Positions 21,148 to 30,360 of a stretch of 64,000 nucleotides of DNA are shown here, piece after piece. Position 1 is the stretch's first letter; every line of letters starts with the position of its first letter. The notes under the pieces were generated by a model, which had not been told where the DNA came from, did not search any database, and saw nothing but the letters and a program-made list of their open reading frames with translations. This stretch comes from Candidatus Latescibacterota bacterium (GTDB lineage Bacteria > Latescibacterota > UBA2968 > UBA8231): contig OZ242214.1 in assembly GCA_965206595.1 (NCBI GenBank), positions 5,472,001-5,536,000 on the forward strand, given 5' to 3'. A program made the position numbers and the translations under genes.

Positions 21148-21791
21148 CTGCGAAAGTTCTGTTGGTCGACGATCACAAGATCGTGCGCGAAGGGCTGCGT
21201 GCGCTGCTTGAAGGAGAAAGCGACCTCGAGGTGGTGGGGGAGGCCGGGGACGGCCTGGAGGCCATCGGCTTGGTCTCCGACCTCCGGCCCGACATCGTGG
21301 TCATGGACATCAGCATGCCCGGTCTGGACGGCGTCGAGGCGACGCGCCGGATACGGGCCGGGGAGCCGGACGTGAAGGTGGTGGCCCTGTCGGTCCACGG
21401 GGAGAAGCAGTTCGTGACCGGCATGTTGCGGGCGGGGGCCTCGGGTTACCTGCTGAAAACGGAGGCCGCCTACAACCTGGTGCAGGCCATCCGGACGGTA
21501 CGGGCAGGCGGCCGGTACGTAAGCCCGGAATTGATCGACCCCGGCGTTGAGGATTTCGTGCAGCAGCCCATCGACGAGGGGGAGCAGCCCGTACTGACTC
21601 CGCGCGAGCGAGAAGTGCTGCGACTCATCGCCGAAGGGAAGAAGAACCGTCAAATAGCCGGTGAACTGTATGTGAGCGAGAAAACCGTCGACAACCATCG
21701 CCAGCACATCATGCAGAAACTCAACCTGCACAACACGGCCGACCTCACCCGGTACGCCATCAGGGAGGGGATTTCGTTTCTCGATTCGTGA
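21144..21791 (+). CDS. NarL/LuxR-family response regulator
   Basis: VLLVDDH, DIVVMDISMPG, GYLLK and LTPREREVL...HIMQKL; ATGA overlap with the kinase. Confidence 0.95.
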   Translation: MTAKVLLVDDHKIVREGLRALLEGESDLEVVGEAGDGLEAIGLVSDLRPDIVVMDISMPGLDGVEATRRIRAGEPDVKVVALSVHGEKQFVTGMLRAGASGYLLKTEAAYNLVQAIRTVRAGGRYVSPELIDPGVEDFVQQPIDEGEQPVLTPREREVLRLIAEGKKNRQIAGELYVSEKTVDNHRQHIMQKLNLHNTADLTRYAIREGISFLDS

Positions 21792-21917
21792 GTTCCCGCC
21801 CAGCGAAGTTTTTTCCGGAAGCAAAAAAGACTCTGGAACCCGGAAAAATGAGGAGTTTACCCCATAGGACACCCCTGGATCCCTGGCTACCTTGGGTGGC
21901 GAAAGGATACTTGGGAT

Positions 21918-22490
21918 TTGAAATCCTTCGCACTCACACCAGTACTCAGAATGGTCGCGGCCATTGCGGTAGGAACGACCGCAGGCTACGGGATGTTGCA
22001 CCTGCATAAAGCTCCCCCGGTCAAGAAACCACCGCTCCAGGAAATAATGTTCCAAGAACAGGACGACGGGCTCAGTCACTTGGTGGGAAAGGATCTCGCC
22101 CCTTACTGGGGGGAGACACGCACCGCTGACCCAAGCTTTCAGGGGATACGTGACGGCGTTCTGCTGTTCGTCGACCCGGCGTGTGATGCATGCGATCCGG
22201 TGTACCCGGTGGCTCTTCAGGTTCAGGAGGAGTTGCCGGTCTTTCTCGCCGTCGATCATCCGCCGTCGGCGGATCTGGACAATTACCTCGCTTATTTTGG
22301 CGCCGGCGACCTGCCGGTACTGCACGAGACCCTGGAACTGCGTCGGGGGCTTCCTGTCGACTACTGGCCGACTGCCGTTCTGGTCCGAGACGGGCGAGTG
22401 GCAGCAGCTGGCAACGGCAGAGTCACGGTCAGCCATATACTCACCGAGGCGCTGCAGGATTCGGGCCGATCCCATGAACCCCTTAAATAA
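21918..22490 (+). CDS. Membrane-anchored thioredoxin-fold (CxxC) redoxin, TlpA/MauD-like
   Basis: N-terminal hydrophobic segment, LLFVDPACDACDP and cis-Pro motif YWPTAVLVRDGRV. Start codon uncertain (TTG 21918 or ATG 21951). Confidence 0.7.
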   Translation: MKSFALTPVLRMVAAIAVGTTAGYGMLHLHKAPPVKKPPLQEIMFQEQDDGLSHLVGKDLAPYWGETRTADPSFQGIRDGVLLFVDPACDACDPVYPVALQVQEELPVFLAVDHPPSADLDNYLAYFGAGDLPVLHETLELRRGLPVDYWPTAVLVRDGRVAAAGNGRVTVSHILTEALQDSGRSHEPLK

Positions 22491-22502
22491 GGAAAAGTCG
22501 TC

Positions 22503-22826
22503 ATGATCCGCATCCTAATGAGCATTCGTCCATCCGAGTTGGTTGTCGCCCTACTCGTCGCAGTTGGGGTGGTCGTCTTCGGCTCCGTGGAAGAGGCGCG
22601 GGCGGATTTCAGTTCGACTTGCGCCGAACTGGACTATTACGAATCAAAGTGGATATGCGATTGGGAATATCCGAGGCACTGCAAGAAAAAAAGCATCGGA
22701 ATCTGTACGTATAAAGTGTGGAGGCAAATAAAGGTTGAAAAGCATCCAATAGGTGGTTGCTATGTAGCGGATACACGCTGTTCGTGGACTTCATGCTTTG
22801 AAGTATTTTGTGGTAAACGTTGGTAA
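22503..22826 (+). CDS. Small secreted cysteine-rich protein (8 Cys in the 73-aa mature part)
   Basis: AAGGA RBS; hydrophobic signal peptide ending in ARA; mature part DFSSTC...FCGKRW with 8 Cys and 5 Trp; AT-rich codons. Confidence 0.72.
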   Translation: MIRILMSIRPSELVVALLVAVGVVVFGSVEEARADFSSTCAELDYYESKWICDWEYPRHCKKKSIGICTYKVWRQIKVEKHPIGGCYVADTRCSWTSCFEVFCGKRW

Positions 22827-23359
22827 CCCTACTTAGTAACCGTTCAATTCTCCTGCAAATGTAAAAGAAGGAATTACCAAGCAGGTTATAGGGTTCGTCG
22901 ATGTCTTTAGGGATTGGTTGTGAGGTGCTCCGATTGGTTAATCGTTTTCGACCTACGGGCACCTGCAGTCAGGTCTGCTGGGCTCACCAGCGGCGCACCC
23001 TTGAGAACTTTGTGGTGCGAGACGGAGAGGCCGAGCGCGTTTGTCACCATCTGTCGGACTTTAGCGAGCAGGCTGTTTTCTTGGTGGCATTAAGTCCCCA
23101 TAGCGGAACCTCCGTCCCGGGCTGACTTCCAGAACTATATCGATATTTTTCGAGCTATCGAAAAGGAGTGGAGCCAACCAACAACGAGACCCGAACGAGC
23201 GCTTCCCCATGGAGTGTTGTGGCGCGCCCAGCTTCGGTACCCACAGTGCCCAAGAAAGCCGCTTCTTAGCGGCCTCTGCTCACGGTGAGTATACTCTGCG
23301 CCAGCAACAACGGCTCTATTGTGAGTCTGGAGAATGCCGTGCAGAGAGCTAAAATAGCA

Positions 23360-25624
23360 GTGAACCGAATCGTCCCCCTTTTTTTGATTTTTGCACTTTC
23401 ACGGGTGCTACAGGCTGTTGAATTTCCAGGTAAGGTTTTTCTGGGGCCTCAGCTGAAGCTTGTTTTAAACAGTTCCCCTCAGACTTTCAGAGTACCGGGG
23501 GCGAAAGCCGTCGAACAGTTGCCAATCTACGTTGTGTTGCAGGCCGATCCTGTCCGGCTCCAAGCCGCCGTCGTTGCATGCGGGGGTAGCCTCGGCACGG
23601 TTATCGACGACATCGCCACCGCCTTCCTTCCCCCGGGGGACTTGGTTCGGCTCGCGCGGGAGGCGGGAGTTTCCCGTATAGAGTTGGTTGGGCAAGCCAC
23701 ACCCCACCTAGAGCGCTTCAAAACCCATGCTTATCTCAGCGACCCTCGAAAACAACAGTCCGGCGGCAGGTCCTTCCTTGGAGAGGAGGTCCTTCCCGAA
23801 CTGCCGGACGCAACGGCCTTGCACTATGAGATCCCACCCCTCGACCATGCCTACACTGGAAAGGGGGTGGTGATCGGTTTCTTCGACAGCGGGATCAACT
23901 TCCATCATCTTGATTTTCGTGACCCCGGTGATCCAAGCAAAAGTCGGATTCTGTCCATCTGGGACCCGCAGGATTCCCGGGGACCTTCTCCACCCGGACG
24001 CAGGGGTACCGAGTGGACAAGGGAGCAGATCGAAGCAACCCTGAATGGAGATTCAAACTCTCCTTCGGGAGATCAAAACGGTCACGGAACCGCGGTAGCC
24101 GGGACTGCCACTGGTAATGGGACAGGAACAGGAAGTTATGCCGGAGTGGCGCCCGAGGCGGATATCGTTATGGTGATCAGTCGCGGATTATCATACTTAG
24201 AAGCTGCAGACTACATCTATCAGAAAGCGGCGGAAATCGGCAAACCCGCGGTGGTCAATTTCAGTAAATTGGGAAGTGTCATTCCTGGCTCCCTCGAGGA
24301 GAAAGGATTGGAGAAGCTTGTTCGGGCCGCCCCGGGTCGTGCCTTTGTCGCAAGTGCCGGGAATGGAGGAAACTACATTGGACACTGGGGTGGATTTTCC
24401 CTGCAACAGGAACCCCTATGGACATACTACAAAGTTTTCGCCGACTCATCTGTTTTGGATGAGCCTGAGAATGGTTTCATTTGGCTCGAGGGCATCGTGC
24501 TTGGAACTTCGAATGGAAGCGGGTTTCTTGCCCTAGCCCTGGAAGAGGAACCGGAAGGACAAGACATTCAAGGAACCCAGATTACAAGGAGCGCTTGGAT
24601 CAACCTGTCGGAGCTTGCCGCAGATTCCTTTGTCAATGCCAGCAGCGATACTATGAAATCTGAGAGCGGAGATATTTTGGGTATAGTTAACTTGGCGGCT
24701 TCTCAATTGGAAAGCCGGAGCATCAGTTTTTCAATCCATGCATTTCAGTTTCCCAAAATTCGGAACAATGCTCCTGTTGTGTGGCGATTTATGGCTAAAG
24801 GGCAGGGCATCATCCACGTTTGGACCCATTTTGGGGAGCCCGTCACCAGGAGTGATCTAAGCTCCGAAACCGGATATCGCCCGTTGGACAATCGTTACAT
24901 GGTCCCTTCCCCGGCTGCCTCCGGGGAGGTAATCGCGGCAGGAGCCTACGCCAATATTCAGCCCCCAGTTCTCCCCCGCGTGGATCAGGGTGATTTGCTG
25001 CCACTCTCGAGCAGGGGGCCGACCATTCACGAACGGATCAAACCCGATCTCGTAGCCCCCGGAGTCTTATATACCAGTTCCCATGTCGGGATCGATAAGC
25101 GCGTCGGTGTTTACGGCACCAGCTTTTCTGCCCCGGTGGTCGCCGGTGCCGTTGCCCTCTACTTCGAGCGCTTTCCGCAGGCCACCAACCGGGACGTCTG
25201 GCGCGCCCTCACCGAATCAGCCGCTTCCGACGAGTTCACTGGGGTGACCCCCAACTTCGACTGGGGGTACGGCAAGCTCGATGTCGCCGCGCTTCTGCAG
25301 GAACCGCCCACCGTGGTTGCCGCCGAGACGGGGGAGGTTCGCCCCGCTGGCTTTGCCCTTGAGCAGAACTACCCCAACCCGTTCAACGGGCGCACCTCGA
25401 TCAGCTACCAGCTTCCAGGCCCTGGTGCGGTCGAGTTGATCCTCTATGGCCTGCTGGGCCAGCCGGTGCGGCGCCTGGTGTCCGAGTACCAGGGCGCCGG
25501 GTTTCACCGTGTCGCGTGGGACGGAACCGATGACGGGGGGCATCCGGTCGCCAGCGGGGTATATCTGTACCGGCTGAAGGCGGGTGACCAACTGCTTTCG
25601 CGCCGTCTCGTTCTCGTTCGCTGA
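23360..25624 (+). CDS. Secreted S8 subtilisin-like serine peptidase with prodomain and C-terminal FlgD-Ig/T9SS-like sorting domain (copy 1)
   Basis: Signal peptide from GTG 23360; catalytic triad FFDSG / GHGT / GTSFS; C-terminal NYPNPFN...WDG...SGVYLYRL. Confidence 0.92.
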   Translation: MNRIVPLFLIFALSRVLQAVEFPGKVFLGPQLKLVLNSSPQTFRVPGAKAVEQLPIYVVLQADPVRLQAAVVACGGSLGTVIDDIATAFLPPGDLVRLAREAGVSRIELVGQATPHLERFKTHAYLSDPRKQQSGGRSFLGEEVLPELPDATALHYEIPPLDHAYTGKGVVIGFFDSGINFHHLDFRDPGDPSKSRILSIWDPQDSRGPSPPGRRGTEWTREQIEATLNGDSNSPSGDQNGHGTAVAGTATGNGTGTGSYAGVAPEADIVMVISRGLSYLEAADYIYQKAAEIGKPAVVNFSKLGSVIPGSLEEKGLEKLVRAAPGRAFVASAGNGGNYIGHWGGFSLQQEPLWTYYKVFADSSVLDEPENGFIWLEGIVLGTSNGSGFLALALEEEPEGQDIQGTQITRSAWINLSELAADSFVNASSDTMKSESGDILGIVNLAASQLESRSISFSIHAFQFPKIRNNAPVVWRFMAKGQGIIHVWTHFGEPVTRSDLSSETGYRPLDNRYMVPSPAASGEVIAAGAYANIQPPVLPRVDQGDLLPLSSRGPTIHERIKPDLVAPGVLYTSSHVGIDKRVGVYGTSFSAPVVAGAVALYFERFPQATNRDVWRALTESAASDEFTGVTPNFDWGYGKLDVAALLQEPPTVVAAETGEVRPAGFALEQNYPNPFNGRTSISYQLPGPGAVELILYGLLGQPVRRLVSEYQGAGFHRVAWDGTDDGGHPVASGVYLYRLKAGDQLLSRRLVLVR

Positions 25625-25659
25625 ACCTGCCGACATTGGATTTTCGCGGGGGAGTCAAG

Positions 25660-27630
25660 ATGAAGCTCACCATTCTGAGTTTCCTTTCCCTGCTCACGCA
25701 GGTGCCCCTCACAGCGGCCGAAGTCCCCGCAACTTCTGGAACCTCACCTCCCCTGAACAGGTTGTCTTTCCGTTCCCTGGGTGGTGCGGTAGAAGGAGAA
25801 CCCTCCGGCACTCTCCTCGAATCCCTGTCCGGGGTGACGGCCACCGGCAAGGGGGTGATCGTCGGCATCATTGACTCCGGGATCGACTGGCGCCACCCCG
25901 ATTTTCGCGATCCGGCAGACAGCCTGCACAGCCGCATCCTCAGCATCTGGGACACGAAACTTTACCTGTCGATGGAAGAAGGTCCGCCTCCGCCGGGGTT
26001 CGATTACGGCCGGGAGTGGACGCGGAAGGAAATCGAGGCCGCGCTGCGCGGCGAGAGACGCGGTCCGCCGCGCGATCCGGTTCTCGATCACGGGACCTAT
26101 GTCGCCGGCATCGCCGCCGGCAACGGCAACGCCGATCCCCGATACCGGGGCATGGCACCCGATGCCGAAATCGTCGTGGTCACTGTTGGTGCGGAATTGA
26201 CTCTGCCGGACGCTCTCAGTTACATCTTTGGAGTTGCGGAGCGCGAAGGCCTGCCGTCAGTGGTGAATTATAGCGGGGGATTGGCTTGGGGCTACCGGGA
26301 AGGAAACCTGGAAGAGTTCTTGCGCGAGCAACCGGGCAGGGCCCTCGTAGCCTCAGCGGGAAATGTGGGCAACCAGCGGCATGTCCGCTTTGAATTGGAG
26401 GAGGAGACCTCCTTTTACACGATTTTTCAGACCCTTGAGTGGGTCCCTCCGTTCTGGAGGTCGGTGGAAGTACGCGCAAGTGATTTCCGCTGGCTTGTCG
26501 CCTACCACCAGGGTCCGGGCGAGGCTTGGGTAGGAACAGGACCTTCGGCTGAAGAGATGGTCTGGCGTTCCTCCAATCAGCTTGCCGATCTGGGGGGAGA
26601 ACCGGAAAGGCATCCATTCCTCGTTGAGGAACCCGAATACGAGATTGACAGTCCCGTAAATGCCGACGGAGATACCTTGGGGCGCGTCGCTTGGTCGGGC
26701 CATCGCGTCGGGGAAAACAAGTGGCTGGAGATCATGGTCGAGAACTGGGTGCCGGAAGTGTCGGATTGGCGGCTTGTGGCGAAGGGGAGCGGAGTGCTCC
26801 ATGTCTGGATGCTGGCAGATGCTCCGCAGCAGGTTACGAATTCCCGGTCGAACCATGACCCGTATTTCCACCCCCACGACAACCTCTACACCCTCTCCTA
26901 TCCCTCTACGTCGCCGGAAGTGATTTCGGTCGGCGCCTTCGCCAACCGGGTGCCGGATGCTTACGAGAACCTGCAGGCAGGCGACCTGATGCCGTTCTCT
27001 TCAAGGGGACCTTCCCTGGACGGCCTGCTGAAGCCTGACCTGGTTGCTCCCAGTGTTCTGACCGCGGCGCGCAGCGGCGACTCGACGAGATACCGCGACG
27101 GCTTCGGTCCGCGAGGGGGGGGGACCAGCGCCGCGTCCCCGGTCGTTGCAGGGGCAGTGGCCCTGTATTTCGAGCGGTTTCCCCGGGCCACCAACCGCGA
27201 GGTCTGGCGGGCTCTCACCGAATCGGCGGTTTCCGACGAGTTTACCGGGGAGACCCCCAATTTCGACTGGGGGTACGGCAAGCTCGACGTCGCCGCCTTT
27301 CTGCAGGAACCGCCCACGGTGGTCGCTGCCGAGGCCAGGGAGGTTCGCCCCGCCGGCCTTTCGCTCGAGCAGAACTACCCCAACCCGTTCAACGGGCGCA
27401 CCTCGATTAGCTACGGATTACCGAAGCCCGGAGCGGTGGAGCTGACCCTCTACGATCTGCTGGGCCAACCGGTGCGACGGCTGGTGTCGGAGTACCAGGG
27501 CGCCGGGTCTTACCGTATCGCCTGGGACGGAGCGGATGATGAGGGGAACCAAGTCGCCAGCGGCGTGTATCTGTACCGGCTGAAAGCGGGGCACCAGCAG
27601 CGGGCCCGGCGGCTCGTTCTCGCTCGTTAA
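25660..27630 (+). CDS. Secreted S8 peptidase with C-terminal FlgD-Ig/T9SS-like domain (copy 2)
   Basis: Signal peptide MKLTILSFL; triad IIDSG / DHGT / GTSAA; YPNPFN tail. Confidence 0.92.
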   Translation: MKLTILSFLSLLTQVPLTAAEVPATSGTSPPLNRLSFRSLGGAVEGEPSGTLLESLSGVTATGKGVIVGIIDSGIDWRHPDFRDPADSLHSRILSIWDTKLYLSMEEGPPPPGFDYGREWTRKEIEAALRGERRGPPRDPVLDHGTYVAGIAAGNGNADPRYRGMAPDAEIVVVTVGAELTLPDALSYIFGVAEREGLPSVVNYSGGLAWGYREGNLEEFLREQPGRALVASAGNVGNQRHVRFELEEETSFYTIFQTLEWVPPFWRSVEVRASDFRWLVAYHQGPGEAWVGTGPSAEEMVWRSSNQLADLGGEPERHPFLVEEPEYEIDSPVNADGDTLGRVAWSGHRVGENKWLEIMVENWVPEVSDWRLVAKGSGVLHVWMLADAPQQVTNSRSNHDPYFHPHDNLYTLSYPSTSPEVISVGAFANRVPDAYENLQAGDLMPFSSRGPSLDGLLKPDLVAPSVLTAARSGDSTRYRDGFGPRGGGTSAASPVVAGAVALYFERFPRATNREVWRALTESAVSDEFTGETPNFDWGYGKLDVAAFLQEPPTVVAAEAREVRPAGLSLEQNYPNPFNGRTSISYGLPKPGAVELTLYDLLGQPVRRLVSEYQGAGSYRIAWDGADDEGNQVASGVYLYRLKAGHQQRARRLVLAR

Positions 27631-27678
27631 TCTTCGCGAATCTGTTGCGGCTTCTGGGGGTTGCATGGGAAGGTCAGA

Positions 27679-29565
27679 ATGAAGCTCATCACCTTGAGCT
27701 TTCTTTCCCTGTCCCTGCACGGTTACCTCGCCGCTTTTGTAATCCCCGCATCCACCATTTCCGGTTCCTCCCTGAAAGACTGGTCCCTGCAATCTCTATC
27801 AGGCTCCGATGAGGGTGAGCTCTCCGGCAGCCTGCTAGAATCCCTTTCCGGGGTGACGGCCACCGGCAAGGGGGTGATCGTCGGCATCATCGACACTGGA
27901 ATCGACTGGCGTCACCCCGACTTCCGCGACCCCGCCGACAGCCTGCGCAGCCGTATTCTCAGCATCTGGGACAGGGAGAGTTCCCTGGAGGAGGAGAGCC
28001 CGCCCCCGGAGGGATTTGACTACGGCCGGGTGTGGACGCGTGATGAAATCGAAGCGGCGCTACGCGACGAGGCAGTCGGACCGCCGCGAGATCCCCACCG
28101 TCATGGGACCTTTGTCTCCGGCATCGCCGTGGGGAACGGCAACGCCGACCCGCGCTACCGGGGGATGGCGCCCGAGGCGGAGATCGTCGTCGTCACTCTC
28201 CCTGTATTGGAGGGCGTCCGCTACATCTTCGATATGGCAGGGAGAAAGGGCCGCCCGGCGGTGGTGAACTACAGCGGCGGAACTTTCCTTTCGCATAGTG
28301 AGCGGAAAGAGTTGGAGGGTCTTTTGCGGGAAAAACCGGGCCGGGCGCTGGTCGCCTCTGCAGGAAACGGGGGACAGGGTCTTCGCCACGCCCGTTTCGA
28401 CCTGACCGAGGACGTTTCCTTTACGATTTACCGGACGAGCCCAAGGGAGGAGGAGCCAGGGAGTGAGTTGATGGTCCAAGCGTATCATCAGGGTCCGGGG
28501 GAAGCCTGGATCGGGGCAGGGTTGTCCGAGGATGTAATGGTCTGGCGCTCCCTTGAGGAGATAGCGGAAAGCGAATTCGAAGATGTAACTGACAGCCTGG
28601 GGACCGCGAAGGTCGTCTGGGAGGGCAGCTTTGACGAGAAGGATTTCACGCTGTTAATCCACGTCGAGGACTCCAATCCAGAGTTGTCGGAATGGCGGGT
28701 GGCGGCGAAAGGGAGGGGGGTATTCCACACTTGGCTCTGGTCCGGCGGACCGGGAGACGAACCTGTGCAGGAACCGCTGGACGACCCGCAATACCGCCCC
28801 CGCGACAACTACTACACCCTCTTGTCCCCTTCCACGTCTCCGGAGGTCATCGCGGTCGGAGCCATCGCCAACCGGGATCTGGAGTTTCTTGCCGATACCG
28901 AAAAAGACCTGTTCGAGGACCTGAAGACCGGCGATCTGCTGCCGTTCTCATCTCGAGGCCCTGCCTTGGATGGCCTGCTCAAGCCCGACCTTGTGGCTCC
29001 GGGGGTGCTGACCTCGGCCTGGAGCGGCGATTCCACGAACTACCGGACCGCGGCGGGCACAAGCGTTTCGGCACCGGTCGTGGCCGGCGCCGTGGCCCTC
29101 TACTTCGAGCGCTTTCCTCAGGCCACCAACCGCGAGGTCTGGCGCGCCCTGACGGAATCTGCCGCTTCCGACGAGTTTACCGGGGAGACCCCCAACCTCG
29201 ACTGGGGGTACGGCAAGCTCGACGTCGCCGCCTTTCTGCAGGAGTCGCCCACCCTGGTTGCCGCCGAGCCCGGGGAAGCTCTTCCCTCAGGCTTCTCCCT
29301 GGCGCAGAACTACCCGAACCCGTTCAACGGGCGCACGACGATCACCTACGAACTGCCGAAGCCTGAGGGGGTGGAGCTGACTCTCTACGATCTGCTGGGC
29401 CAACCGGTGCGGCGCCTGGTGTCCGAATACCAGGGCGCCGGGTCTTACCGTATCGCCTGGGACGGGGCCGATGACGAGGGGAACCAGGTCGCCAGCGGAG
29501 TGTATCTATACCGGCTGAAAGCAGGGAGCCGGCAGCGGGCGCGGAGGCTTGTGTTGGTCCGCTGA
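27679..29565 (+). CDS. Secreted S8 peptidase with C-terminal FlgD-Ig/T9SS-like domain (copy 3)
   Basis: Signal peptide MKLITLSFL; triad IIDTG / RHGT / GTSVS; YPNPFN tail. Confidence 0.92.
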   Translation: MKLITLSFLSLSLHGYLAAFVIPASTISGSSLKDWSLQSLSGSDEGELSGSLLESLSGVTATGKGVIVGIIDTGIDWRHPDFRDPADSLRSRILSIWDRESSLEEESPPPEGFDYGRVWTRDEIEAALRDEAVGPPRDPHRHGTFVSGIAVGNGNADPRYRGMAPEAEIVVVTLPVLEGVRYIFDMAGRKGRPAVVNYSGGTFLSHSERKELEGLLREKPGRALVASAGNGGQGLRHARFDLTEDVSFTIYRTSPREEEPGSELMVQAYHQGPGEAWIGAGLSEDVMVWRSLEEIAESEFEDVTDSLGTAKVVWEGSFDEKDFTLLIHVEDSNPELSEWRVAAKGRGVFHTWLWSGGPGDEPVQEPLDDPQYRPRDNYYTLLSPSTSPEVIAVGAIANRDLEFLADTEKDLFEDLKTGDLLPFSSRGPALDGLLKPDLVAPGVLTSAWSGDSTNYRTAAGTSVSAPVVAGAVALYFERFPQATNREVWRALTESAASDEFTGETPNLDWGYGKLDVAAFLQESPTLVAAEPGEALPSGFSLAQNYPNPFNGRTTITYELPKPEGVELTLYDLLGQPVRRLVSEYQGAGSYRIAWDGADDEGNQVASGVYLYRLKAGSRQRARRLVLVR

Positions 29566-29607
29566 CCCTGAATCACTTTCCCGATCGAAGGAGCCTGGAC
29601 ATCCGGG

Positions 29608-30147
29608 CTACTTCACCAGCCGGGCGATCTCCCTGAACCCGGGGTTGCCGGCCTCGCGCAGCAGCTCGAACAGGGCCGTTTCCACCGACGTTACCCCGGC
29701 GCCGGCGGCCCTCATCTTTTCCATGCCCACCCGCTTGTTGGCCAGGGTTCGGGACGACACCGCATCCTCGACGACCTCGACCTCGAAGCCGCGCTCGCGC
29801 AGGTCGCGGGCGGTCTGGTAGACGCAGATGTGGGTTTCTATTCCGGCGAGCAGGACCTGCTTCCTGCCGCTTTCCTCCAGCCGGCGCAGGAACTCCGGCT
29901 GCCCGCAGGCGCTGAAGCAGGTCTTGGCCAGCGGCTCCCGGCCCTCGAGCAGCTCGGCGACCTCGGGAATGGTCGGCCCCAGGCCCACGGGGTACTGCTC
30001 CAGCCAGAGGACAGGAAGATCAAGGGCCGTTGCCCCCTGCACGAGGATGCGCAGGTTGCGGTAGAGCTTCTCCTTCTCGTGCATGAGGCGGGCGAGCTTG
30101 CCCTGGACGTCGATGATCGCCAGCGCCGTATCGGAAGCTTCAAGCAT
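29608..30147 (-). CDS. Isochorismatase-family hydrolase
   Basis: IIDVQGKL, EQYPVGLGPT, KTCFSA and GIETHICVYQT. Confidence 0.93.
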   Translation of the reverse strand: MLEASDTALAIIDVQGKLARLMHEKEKLYRNLRILVQGATALDLPVLWLEQYPVGLGPTIPEVAELLEGREPLAKTCFSACGQPEFLRRLEESGRKQVLLAGIETHICVYQTARDLRERGFEVEVVEDAVSSRTLANKRVGMEKMRAAGAGVTSVETALFELLREAGNPGFREIARLVK

Positions 30148-30360
30148 CGCGAGCTCCTTCTACTGCCGGTTCTTTGCTGCATGCGGTCCCATTCATAAGA
30201 GTTGATCCATTCGGGGCACGGCGGGACTGATGCGCGGTCTTCCCGCCTGTTCGGCTCTTCCTCGGGCTCTCTATCCGATTCGCCTTACCCGTTCGCCTTC
30301 TGATGCCAGCGCCGATTCTGCCCGCCTGCCTCAAGGCGTCTCTGCCTTGAGAAGGCATCC

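Noticed and set aside
21918-22826. Methylamine dehydrogenase mauD-mauA interpretation, prompted by the nearby methylamine genes
   Set aside because: The Cys-rich protein lacks the MauA cysteine/tryptophan pattern, and no mauB, mauE or mauG is present.
22901-23125. 74-aa ORF with TLENFVVRDGEAERV, faintly like an ATPase N-terminus
   Set aside because: No Walker A motif, and the similarity is too short to support a call.
23360-29565. Diversity-generating retroelement explanation for the repeated protease ends
   Set aside because: No reverse transcriptase in the window; differences are mostly synonymous rather than adenine-specific, and all copies are coding.
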